Shown here piece after piece: positions 25,927 to 33,786 of a stretch of 46,343 nt of DNA (its first letter is position 1; each line of letters begins with the position of its first letter). Source of the DNA: Candidatus Nomurabacteria bacterium RIFCSPLOWO2_01_FULL_41_18 (GTDB taxonomy: Bacteria > Patescibacteriota > Minisyncoccia > Phycocordibacterales > UBA9973); assembly GCA_001785865.1 (NCBI GenBank), contig MFUZ01000008.1, positions 1 through 46,343 of the forward strand, read 5' to 3'. The position numbers were made by a program, and so were the translations under genes. Under the pieces are notes generated by a model. The model made no database searches and was not told where the DNA came from. It saw only the letters and a program-made list of their open reading frames with translations.

Positions 25927-26367
25927 TTAATCTTTAATATATCTAACTTCATTTGAAACCATTTTCTCTGCTTTAAAATCTTCTCCCAAACTCTTAGGAA
26001 GAATGCGAATATCATCAGTCGGGTTCACCCAAACTATTTCAGCAATTTCGCTAGAATGGGAACGAGCAAATTTTTCAATATTCAAATAATCATTTCCATT
26101 TTTTACCTCAAAGAAAAACTCCACATATTGCTTACCATCTGTTTGTGTAAAATTATTTATATAAAACAGCCTGCCTATCTCTGGTTTTACCCCCAGCTCT
26201 TCAATTATTTCCCGAGACAAACATTCTTTGATATCTTCTCCCCACTCTAAATGACCACCCGGAAGCGCAGCAAAGCTTGTGTCGTGAGGATGTCGCACAG
26301 CCAAAAGCTTCCCTTCGTGTAAAATAATCGCTCGAACTTTAATAATAATTTTTTTATTATTTTCCAT
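25927..26367 (-). CDS. NUDIX hydrolase
   Basis: GGHLEWGEDIKECLSREIIEELG Nudix box. Confidence 0.9.
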   Translation of the reverse strand: MENNKKIIIKVRAIILHEGKLLAVRHPHDTSFAALPGGHLEWGEDIKECLSREIIEELGVKPEIGRLFYINNFTQTDGKQYVEFFFEVKNGNDYLNIEKFARSHSSEIAEIVWVNPTDDIRILPKSLGEDFKAEKMVSNEVRYIKD

Positions 26368-26468
26368 ATTTTTATTGTATCACAATTTTATTTCCTTTTT
26401 TGTCGACTTTACTAAACTAAAGTACTTTAGTTTAATAAAGTAGCTGGGGTATTAGGGATATACTTATA

Positions 26469-26492
26469 CGAATACGTATTCGAATACGTATA
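26469..26492. repeat. Two tandem 12-bp units CGAATACGTATW
   Basis: Direct reading; preceded by ATACTTAT as at 30302. Confidence 0.7.
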
Positions 26493-26583
26493 TGAATATT
26501 TACCTGCCGTTAGTGGGCGTATAAATCCCCTGCCGTTTTTAATTTCTAGCATCTATAGCAAGAACCGTTCTTGCTAATTAAAA

Positions 26584-27627
26584 TTATCTAGAATTTAGAA
26601 TTACCTTACCAAGCTGTTTCGCAAATATAGGTGGAACCGCATTGCCAATCATTCTTGCAATATCAGCTATGCTTTTAGCATGAAAAACATAGTTTTTAGG
26701 AAAAGTTTGAAGTGTTGCACCTTCCCGAAGAGAAATGGCTCGATTTTCTTGAGGATGGGCAAACCTTCCGTTAGAAATACTAAAAAATTTTGTTGTTATT
26801 GTTGGAGCAGGCTTATTCCAAGACATTCTCCCGTAATTATCTTTAAAACCTTGTCCTCTGTAAGATTTTCTTTTTAAATCTTTATTTTGTGCCCAATCCA
26901 ACCATGAACCACCATTCTTTTGAGTTTTCTTTAATCTATCTATATTTTTTTGAGTAAGCCCAGCAACACTATGATTAAAAATGGAGTCGTCTTTGTGTCC
27001 AGCTTTTATCCGAGCAAAACCGTTACTAGAACCAATAAAATCTTTTACTAGTGCTTTTTTACTTTTCTTATTTTGAAGAGAAATCTTATTCTTTGACAGC
27101 CGAGTTGCAATAAGTGAAAATCTTTTCCTAGATTGAGGAATACCGTAGTCATTCATATTTACTATTTCATAATGAACACTATATCCTTTTATTTTTAAGC
27201 TTGTAACAAAATTATCTAAACCACTTTTATCTTTTTTACCTAAAATTCCAGGAACATTTTCTACTAAAACATACCCAGGGTTAAAGTAATCAACAAATCT
27301 TTTAAATTCCACGAGAAGATTTTTTGATTTTGCAGATTTTGTTTTGTCAGTTCTTATGATTGACCAAAATTGGCAAGGACTACATCCTATCATAACCAAA
27401 TTATTATCATTTTTTTTCAACCCTAACTGTTTTTCCAAGTCTTGTTCTTTTAACTTAAAAACATCCGCAAGAATGAATTTTGATTCCGGATTATTTCTTT
27501 CATAAGTATCTTTACAAGCTGGATCATTATCAATTCCTGCAATAACATCTATGCCTGCCTGCCTAAGCCCGCAAGTCATACCACCCCCTGAACAAAAGAA
27601 ATCTATAGCTTTAATTTTCTTTTTCAT
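26584..27627 (-). CDS. dcm: DNA (cytosine-5)-methyltransferase
   Basis: FFCSGGG motif I, SPCQ motif IV, ENV motif VI, GNAVP motif X. Confidence 0.92.
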   Translation of the reverse strand: MKKKIKAIDFFCSGGGMTCGLRQAGIDVIAGIDNDPACKDTYERNNPESKFILADVFKLKEQDLEKQLGLKKNDNNLVMIGCSPCQFWSIIRTDKTKSAKSKNLLVEFKRFVDYFNPGYVLVENVPGILGKKDKSGLDNFVTSLKIKGYSVHYEIVNMNDYGIPQSRKRFSLIATRLSKNKISLQNKKSKKALVKDFIGSSNGFARIKAGHKDDSIFNHSVAGLTQKNIDRLKKTQKNGGSWLDWAQNKDLKRKSYRGQGFKDNYGRMSWNKPAPTITTKFFSISNGRFAHPQENRAISLREGATLQTFPKNYVFHAKSIADIARMIGNAVPPIFAKQLGKVILNSR

Positions 27628-27664
27628 TAATATGTTTATTATAACATTTAATTACCTAAATAAT

Positions 27665-29680
27665 TTATTCATTATCAAAGCTAAAAGCAATAGCATAGTT
27701 GCCTTCTGGAAAACGTATTTGTGGCAACCATATTTCTTCACCTTTATGACTTGGTTTTAATTTATACATAAAAAGTGTTACAGCGTCTTCAGGTACTAAC
27801 TTATCCTCACCTCCAGAATAATATCCCTGAGTTTCCTTACGAGGCGCGTTAAGATTAAAGCCTCTTTTAACCCTAATATAGGCTTTTTTTCCTCTCAAGG
27901 TTTTTATTTTTTCAAGTGCTGCTCTTAGAATTTTAAGGTTCCATAATTTAGCACCTTCTTCTGGATCGTGAGCACATTTCTCTATTATTTCTATAACAGA
28001 ATCAATGTCTGTTTCATGATAATTTTTAACACTATCGTAACTAGCTAATTTATTATCTAGCCACTTTGTTGATGTTTCTGTATCTTTAGTACGAAGAGGA
28101 TACCTTTGGTTACACCACCCTCCCGCAACATAAATACCGATTGAGTTTGTATCTAAAACATTAGACCGGGTTGTTTTTAAAGGGGAAGAAATGTAAATAC
28201 CCTCAAATTTTCCTTCAGGATGTTTTTCAATTAGCTTTCTTAGGGCTTTTTCCATTTGATGAATTATGCGAAAATGTTCTGCTAACTTTTCAGGTAAAAA
28301 TAGGCGTGTTACCCCAATATGTCTTTCACGATATCCATACATACGTGCGTGTTGAAGTACCGTATCAGAATTTGGATGCTTGGGATTTCTTCCGTAATAG
28401 CTAGTAATAAGATTAGGAATAGTTACACCTCTACCAAGTTTATTGCCACCCACAAAAATACTATATACATGATCTAGCGTAATGGCTTCCTCTGAATTTG
28501 AATTAATTTCTTTTATGCTTGCTCCAGGTAGAAGAAACTCAATTCGTTGGAGTATTTTTTCAAATTCTGGAAGTACTGGTTCGGTCTTAGTAATGTCATT
28601 ATAGGCAACAAATAATTCGTCTCTTAATTTTTTAAAGGCAGTGGAATCTTTATTTTTAAATGCAATTACAATATCTTCTCTGAAAGAATCAATAAGATTT
28701 ACAACATGTTTATGATCAACTTTAGTATGACTAATGTGGCAAAGAAAGGAGAAATTTTCACTAGGATAATTAATATTTCTAGCCGTAGCAGCAATTAAAA
28801 AACTTAGAACAGCTTCTTTTAATCCTACTGGTATTTTATGTGTTGGATTTGGTTGAAAACCAGATTTTAATTCATCAACTTCGTCTATATCAACGTTACG
28901 CAAAAGTTTTGATTCCGATTCAAAAAATGCTTCGCCACCTATATAGCCTGGTCCTGGTTCACTTAAAACTGTAAACGAGGGACGGTAAAGTCCATTTGGC
29001 GTTTGTAAGAATAGAGCCTGCGGAGTTGCTGTTACTTGAAGATATGTATTGATTTGGAAAAACTGCCTTATTTCAGTTATATATTTATTTATAGCACTAA
29101 GCTCCTCAGTTCTTTTTTTAGCATTTTTATTTGTTTTAGTATTTAAGCTTGCCTGGTCAGCCTCGTCATCAATTATTAAAGTAGGAAGACCACGAGATCC
29201 ACTAGATCCAACTTTTTTAAAAGCATCTATTAAATTTTTTAGATGACTTGAATTTTTTGAACAGACAATAGCGAAAGGAGACATTCTTATTTGTCGTTCA
29301 AATCTAGGAAGGTCTTCCCAGTCTGACTTGCCGAGAACAGTTAATCCTCTAAGTTGACTACGAATTCTCTGAAGTGTTTGTCCATATAAAAGATTTATGT
29401 CGGAAGTTAATATGATTATACATTTAAAACCATTATCAGCAGCCATTGCAGTTGTTACAGTAATGATACTGGTTTTACCACTTTGAATTAAACCGTAAAG
29501 TAAGCCATAACTCGGTTCTGTTGATCCAGCAATTGGATCCACTGCATAACCTAAAATTTTACCAGCACGTTCAACAATTGCATGTAAAGACGCTTCTGTT
29601 TTTATTTCATTGGAAAGAACATCTAAAGCTTCTTTAGTTTGCAAGCCATCGTGAATTATTTTTCTTGAGTTTATTTCCAT
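27665..29680 (-). CDS. SF2-helicase/Z1-domain putative restriction protein
   Basis: GLIQSGKT Walker A, DDEADQAS Walker B, VGGNKLGRGVTI, QHARMYGYR. Confidence 0.8.
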   Translation of the reverse strand: MEINSRKIIHDGLQTKEALDVLSNEIKTEASLHAIVERAGKILGYAVDPIAGSTEPSYGLLYGLIQSGKTSIITVTTAMAADNGFKCIIILTSDINLLYGQTLQRIRSQLRGLTVLGKSDWEDLPRFERQIRMSPFAIVCSKNSSHLKNLIDAFKKVGSSGSRGLPTLIIDDEADQASLNTKTNKNAKKRTEELSAINKYITEIRQFFQINTYLQVTATPQALFLQTPNGLYRPSFTVLSEPGPGYIGGEAFFESESKLLRNVDIDEVDELKSGFQPNPTHKIPVGLKEAVLSFLIAATARNINYPSENFSFLCHISHTKVDHKHVVNLIDSFREDIVIAFKNKDSTAFKKLRDELFVAYNDITKTEPVLPEFEKILQRIEFLLPGASIKEINSNSEEAITLDHVYSIFVGGNKLGRGVTIPNLITSYYGRNPKHPNSDTVLQHARMYGYRERHIGVTRLFLPEKLAEHFRIIHQMEKALRKLIEKHPEGKFEGIYISSPLKTTRSNVLDTNSIGIYVAGGWCNQRYPLRTKDTETSTKWLDNKLASYDSVKNYHETDIDSVIEIIEKCAHDPEEGAKLWNLKILRAALEKIKTLRGKKAYIRVKRGFNLNAPRKETQGYYSGGEDKLVPEDAVTLFMYKLKPSHKGEEIWLPQIRFPEGNYAIAFSFDNE

Positions 29681-29689
29681 AGTATAAAT

Positions 29690-30118
29690 TTAATACTTAA
29701 CTACTTCAGATACAATATTAGACCATCTTCTGACTGAAACCTTACCCTTAAGTTTAGAAATAGACCCTGCAACTCCGTAACTTTTATTATGCTTTCTTTG
29801 TACCGAAATCCACCCAGGATTTGTACTCAAAAGAGATCGAGCTTCCTTCCACGTTAACGCACAAACTCCATCTCCACCACAAACTAAACCTAAAATTACT
29901 GTACTGTATTCTGACTCCATCTTCAAGCATCGATCAATATCTTCTTGGTCAAAACTAAATCTCCAAGGACTTCGAGCTTTTGTGGTGTATTTTAAAAAAA
30001 CAAATACTTTTTCATTAACGACATATCCCAGTAGCCCTTTTTTCTTAACCGAAAAATTCTCGTTTTCAAGTAAAGCTACTATGGCAGCACCGTGATAATA
30101 TTGCAATTTATCTATCAT
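29690..30118 (-). CDS. Hypothetical protein in methylase/Z1 operon
   Basis: 142 aa, co-oriented, overlaps upstream AbrB-like gene. Confidence 0.7.
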   Translation of the reverse strand: MIDKLQYYHGAAIVALLENENFSVKKKGLLGYVVNEKVFVFLKYTTKARSPWRFSFDQEDIDRCLKMESEYSTVILGLVCGGDGVCALTWKEARSLLSTNPGWISVQRKHNKSYGVAGSISKLKGKVSVRRWSNIVSEVVKY

Positions 30119-30299
30119 ATTTTTTCAATTTCCAATCTTTAATTATAATTTTCGTGCCTTCCAGTTTCACCACCACCTTCTGCCTCTCGCGCCAGCCGAG
30201 CTTACGAGCAAAATCGATAGGTAAAGTCACAGCAAGTGATGACTTGCCGACTTTGGTTATCTTCCTTATATTGCTACTGCCAGATTTTGTGATTCCCAT
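30108..30299 (-). CDS. AbrB/MazE-family DNA-binding protein
   Basis: RKITKVGKSSLAVTLP..FARKLGW...VVV pattern. Confidence 0.8.
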   Translation of the reverse strand: MGITKSGSSNIRKITKVGKSSLAVTLPIDFARKLGWRERQKVVVKLEGTKIIIKDWKLKKYDR

Positions 30300-30310
30300 A
30301 AATACTTATT

Positions 30311-30346
30311 CGATTACGTAAACGATTACGTATTCGTATACGTATA
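30311..30346. promoter_or_regulatory. Three tandem 12-bp units CGWWTACGTAWW upstream of AbrB-like gene
   Basis: CGATTACGTAAA, CGATTACGTATT, CGTATACGTATA; operator role is inferred. Confidence 0.6.
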
Positions 30347-30419
30347 TACTACTCTCAAATAGATGATTTGTAAATTTAATTCAAACTTTTTATCAAATAA
30401 GTACTTATCATATAATATG

Positions 30420-30492
30420 AGCCGCCCCCGAGGATCGAACTCGGGACCCCCACTTTACGAAAGTGGTGCTCTACCAACTGAGCTAGGGCGGC
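30420..30492 (-). tRNA. tRNA-Thr(CGT)
   Basis: Cloverleaf, loop TTCGTAA, no encoded CCA. Confidence 0.95.
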
Positions 30493-30503
30493 TTGAATTT
30501 TTT

Positions 30504-30575
30504 TGCTCTACTTCACCCCGCCTAAGTTAGGCGGGGCAAGCTGAGCCCTGCCTGCCGGCAGGCAGGTATAACGGC
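30504..30575 (-). pseudogene. tRNA-Thr 5' fragment with two palindromic insertions
   Basis: GCCGTTATA-[CCTGCCTGCCGGCAGGCAGG 30547-30566]-GCTCAG-[CCCCGCCTAAGTTAGGCGGGG 30516-30536]-AGTAGAGCA. Confidence 0.75.
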
Positions 30576-30592
30576 ATACTACCCAAAAGCCA

Positions 30593-30668
30593 TGGAGCCG
30601 TTAATTGGATTTGCACCAATGACCTTGTTCTTACCAAGAACATGCTCTACTACCTGAGCTATAACGGC
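30593..30668 (-). tRNA. tRNA-Thr(GGT)
   Basis: Cloverleaf, loop TTGGTAA, encoded CCA. Confidence 0.95.
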
Positions 30669-30895
30669 ATTAAACTTTTCAAAAACTCCTTACCAAAACC
30701 CGATTTTAATAATTTCTCTCTCTTTCTTGCCTCTCCACGACTTAAAACTTCTTCTGTATATAACAACTCCCATGGACGATGTATTTTGGTAGAAAAAACA
30801 TATCCACTATTGTGCTCTTTGAATCTTCTCATGAGGTTATTGGTCATACCGACATAAACTCTTTTTTCTTTATTTTTTAATGCATACACTATCAT
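30659..30895 (-). CDS. Small GIY-YIG nuclease whose stop codon lies in tRNA-Thr(GGT)
   Basis: IVYALK...VYVGMT, RE..LKSG; ends ATG CCG TTA TAG; ATG 30895 preferred over 30961. Confidence 0.85.
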   Translation of the reverse strand: MIVYALKNKEKRVYVGMTNNLMRRFKEHNSGYVFSTKIHRPWELLYTEEVLSRGEARKREKLLKSGFGKEFLKSLMPL

Positions 30896-30904
30896 AAAGT
30901 ATTT

Positions 30905-30945
30905 TACCAACTGAGCCCTGCCTGCCGGCAGGCAGGTACAACGGC
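30905..30945 (-). pseudogene. tRNA-Thr-like 5' fragment with 20-bp palindrome
   Basis: GCCGTTGTA-[palindrome 30917-30936]-GCTCAGTTGGTA. Confidence 0.75.
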
Positions 30946-31106
30946 TTATGTTCGCATACAAACATACTAGTTTATCCCCACACCTTTGACAAGGGTAAGT
31001 GTGGGGATTTATTTCTGTATATTTTGTAAAATTAGACTATGGTCATATTTATACATCAAATTTATGAAGTTTGCATTTATAAAGCATCGAGTGATACAAT
31101 AGGGAA

Positions 31107-31445
31107 ATGAAGAAAGTTACGAAAAAATTACAATCTACTACTGCACCCGCATTCGAAAAACATCAAGATTTCATGGGTCAGCAATTTAAGAAAGTTTTTG
31201 AAAAATTAGACCATCACTCTAAAATCCTAGATCAGCATTCTAAAATCCTAGATCAGCATTCTAAAGTCCTGGATCAGCATTCTAAGGCTCTTGATGTAAT
31301 TCTCAAAGAAATGCAAGAGCAAACTAGAGAAAATAGAGAACATCGAATGATGATGAATGATTTGAATCGTACTGACATGATTGAGCATCGAAAAATTGAA
31401 GGCTTAGAACTCCGAATTGAAAAACTAGAAGAAAAAATAAAATAG
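31107..31445 (+). CDS. Coiled-coil hypothetical protein with heptad tandem repeats
   Basis: HSKILDQ repeats from 21-bp units at 31215-31295. Confidence 0.65.
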   Translation: MKKVTKKLQSTTAPAFEKHQDFMGQQFKKVFEKLDHHSKILDQHSKILDQHSKVLDQHSKALDVILKEMQEQTRENREHRMMMNDLNRTDMIEHRKIEGLELRIEKLEEKIK

Positions 31446-31543
31446 GCCTATGGACGAAGTTGCCTGCCCGCCTCTGGAGGGATGTTAGAACTGCGTTTTC
31501 TGTATTAAATGATACACAGATATACATTCCTAATTATATTTAA

Positions 31544-32029
31544 TTATTTATTGATTTCTTTTTCAGCTTGGTCTGCTAAGTCAACGATGATCGCTGTCTC
31601 TTCCATTCTTAGCTTTCGGGGTTTTGTATCCTTCACACAAAAAACACCGATTGGCTGTCTTGTTTTATAATCAAAAAGAGCCATGCCAGCATAAAATCTA
31701 ATAAATGGGAAACCAACCACCATAGGATTGTCATGGAAACGCTCGTCTTCTAACGTATTTTCAACAACAAAAAGAACTTTTGCCAGTAAAGCATGTGCGC
31801 AAAAAGAAACAACTCTTTCACCTTCTTTCTGATTCAACCCAGTACAAGATTTAAACCATTCTCGATCATGATCAATAATCGACACCATAGAAATAGCAAC
31901 ATTTAATTTTTCTACAGCTTGCCGAGTTAAAACATCAAACCTTTCTTCTGGATCGGAATCTAGAATAGCTATCCGATGTACAGCTTCCATTCTCTCTTTT
32001 TCATCCTCTGGCACAGGTGCATTTTGCAT
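31544..32029 (-). CDS. Stand-alone GAF-domain protein
   Basis: ILDS.PEERFD, FCAHA, RFHDNPMV.G.PFIRFYAG, GVFCVKD..PR. Confidence 0.85.
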   Translation of the reverse strand: MQNAPVPEDEKERMEAVHRIAILDSDPEERFDVLTRQAVEKLNVAISMVSIIDHDREWFKSCTGLNQKEGERVVSFCAHALLAKVLFVVENTLEDERFHDNPMVVGFPFIRFYAGMALFDYKTRQPIGVFCVKDTKPRKLRMEETAIIVDLADQAEKEINK

Positions 32030-32140
32030 TTATTAATTATACAGAATTATTTTAATAAATCAAAGTCCAATTGAAACATCATCCGTTCTCCGTCCAATCA
32101 GTATACGAAAAACAGCCTTTATAAATTAAGGCTCAAATCG

Positions 32141-32162
32141 ATGCGCGATCGACCGGACTTGA
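32141..32162 (-). repeat. 22-bp duplication of tRNA-Asp 3' end (att-like)
   Basis: ATGCGCGATCGACCGGACTTGA identical to 32423-32444. Confidence 0.85.
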
Positions 32163-32425
32163 GGGTCAAGTTTCTAAGTCGCTACGCTCCTAAGAACTTC
32201 CTCCTTACAGGAGCAGTACACCTTTTCGACTTTTTATTTCGCATCCTCGTAAAAATTCAGAAAAGGTCTTGCGAAGTGATTTATATTACTTCTCACCCCG
32301 GGCTCGCCTCAGCCAAAGGCTGATGGCTCCGCTTGTTCAAGCCGGACGCAAGCAAAGCAGTTTGCTTGCTTTCTCTCGCGATGTAAAAAGAAAAAACTGG
32401 CCCGAAGCCAGCATTTCTTTTTATG

Positions 32426-32709
32426 CGCGATCGACCGGACTTGAACCGGCAACCTCGTCCGTGCACTTATCCAATATTTTCATAAAGGCGTGGACTATAT
32501 CTTCACCGTAAGCTTTCGCCCTTAGGTGCTTTGGTATCTAGTCTCTACGGCGCCCCCGACACATTATCGGGGTTCCCTCGGTATTCGCATGCTCTGATTT
32601 TAATCAAAGTTTAGCCTTCACCGATATCCCAAAGAGTTTCAACCCCACTTTAGCGAGGAAGCTGCAGTAATCTACAGGGACGCGCTCTAACCAGTTGAGC
32701 TACGACCGC
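32426..32709 (-). tRNA. tRNA-Asp(GTC) split by an intron in the anticodon
   Basis: Exon 1 32709-32674 ends CCCTGT, exon 2 32463-32426 starts CACGGACG; joined loop CT-GTC-AC; G discriminator. Confidence 0.92.
32464..32673 (-). ncRNA. Group I intron (210 nt, no ORF) at tRNA position 35/36
   Basis: Exon ends in U, intron ends in G; P1 CUGU/AG pairs with CUGCAG giving U.G at splice site; AGAGACUA and GAAGAUAUAGUCC core motifs. Confidence 0.9.
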
Positions 32710-33371
32710 ATCTTGGCTATATAACCCTCAAACTTATCCTTCTTTCTTTTTAGAAACAAGGTACATGTATCATTATACATAATTTTGTATAAAATCAAAG
32801 AGTCCCCAATGCTATATTTCAAATCAAATCCTCTTTCTTTTTGAACCAAAGAACCTCCTAAAATTTCATATTCAGATAAAACTTCTTTTAAGGCTATTAA
32901 AAATTCTCTACTCCCTGAAGTAAATGCAGTGCTTATAGCATAAATTTTATGTATTCTTTTCTTATTTTTAAAACCAACCCACACTCCACCATCTCCATCA
33001 AAATAACCTCGTAAAAAATCAGGGAAATATTTTTTTGGTACTTTTGGTAGTAAAATTGTTTTACTTTTTCTTTCTGTTAAGCCAAGATGCATCAAATCTT
33101 CACACATCTCTTTGCTTCCAACTTGCAAACGATACGATTGCCCTTGATTATTATATATTTTCTTTTTTGAGATAACGTGTTCTGAATTCAGTACCTTTTT
33201 TATTTCTTCAAGAATATCTTTGTCATTAATTTGTAATGACCAAAACCATGTATTTCTTTTCGTGCAAATTATATTTCCATCGGCATATATAAAACCCAAG
33301 ACATACGCCATTTCAGTATTCCACTTTTTGAAAAAATCTTTATTTATTTTTTTATAAATAGGCACATACAT
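32700..33371 (-). CDS. Free-standing double-motif LAGLIDADG endonuclease
   Basis: AYVLGFIYADG and FLRGYFDGDG; ends ATG CGG TCG TAG inside tRNA-Asp. Confidence 0.9.
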   Translation of the reverse strand: MYVPIYKKINKDFFKKWNTEMAYVLGFIYADGNIICTKRNTWFWSLQINDKDILEEIKKVLNSEHVISKKKIYNNQGQSYRLQVGSKEMCEDLMHLGLTERKSKTILLPKVPKKYFPDFLRGYFDGDGGVWVGFKNKKRIHKIYAISTAFTSGSREFLIALKEVLSEYEILGGSLVQKERGFDLKYSIGDSLILYKIMYNDTCTLFLKRKKDKFEGYIAKMRS

Positions 33372-33381
33372 ATTATACCAT

Positions 33382-33411
33382 GTGACAGGACAATATACTA
33401 ACCACTTATAT
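33382..33411 (-). pseudogene. Decayed intronless tRNA-Asp 5' fragment (D arm to anticodon loop)
   Basis: ATATA-AGTGGTTAG-TATAT hairpin; TGGTTAG-N8-CCTGTCAC has the same spacing as the spliced tRNA-Asp. Confidence 0.6.
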
Positions 33412-33429
33412 AAACAAGATATAAGGTTG

Positions 33430-33502
33430 TGTCGGCGACAGGGATCGAACCTGTGACCTGAGGCTTATGAGTCCTCCGCTCTACCGACTGAGCTACGCCG
33501 AC
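33430..33502 (-). tRNA. tRNA with CAT anticodon (elongator Met or Ile2)
   Basis: Cloverleaf, loop CTCATAA, paired 1:72. Confidence 0.9.
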
Positions 33503-33552
33503 ATATTTATGAATATAACAGAAAATCTTGAAAAATAAAAGCTTTTAACTTA

Positions 33553-33588
33553 TTTCCACTATCTTTTACATATGTTTGAGATAGTAGA
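33553..33588. repeat. 36-bp intergenic repeat, copy 2
   Basis: 35/36 identical to 7877-7912. Confidence 0.8.
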
Positions 33589-33629
33589 AAACTTGTATAT
33601 TTTGCTAATTTAATGTAGTATACTAATAT

Positions 33630-33700
33630 AGCGGGATAGAGAAGAGGCATCTCGTAAGGCTCATAACCTTAAGACAACGGTTCGATTCCGTTTCCCGCAA
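33630..33700 (+). tRNA. Initiator tRNA-fMet(CAT)
   Basis: 1:72 mismatch, A11:U24, loop CTCATAA; anticodon stem TAAGG/CCTTA. Confidence 0.85.
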
Positions 33701-33786
33701 CTCTTCGTCGCAAAGCTCCTCAGAGCCTGCGACCGTAGTGCCTTTGCGATAAAGACACTGACGAAACTTTAATGAGGAAGTGCAAA

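Noticed and set aside
27552-27566. CCTGCCTGCCT in dcm as half of the 20-bp palindrome
   Set aside because: Encodes LRQAG in the conserved N-terminal methylase region and lacks the second arm.
30311-31295. CRISPR array in the 12-bp or 21-bp repeats
   Set aside because: No unique spacers, no cas genes; the 21-mers are coding heptads.
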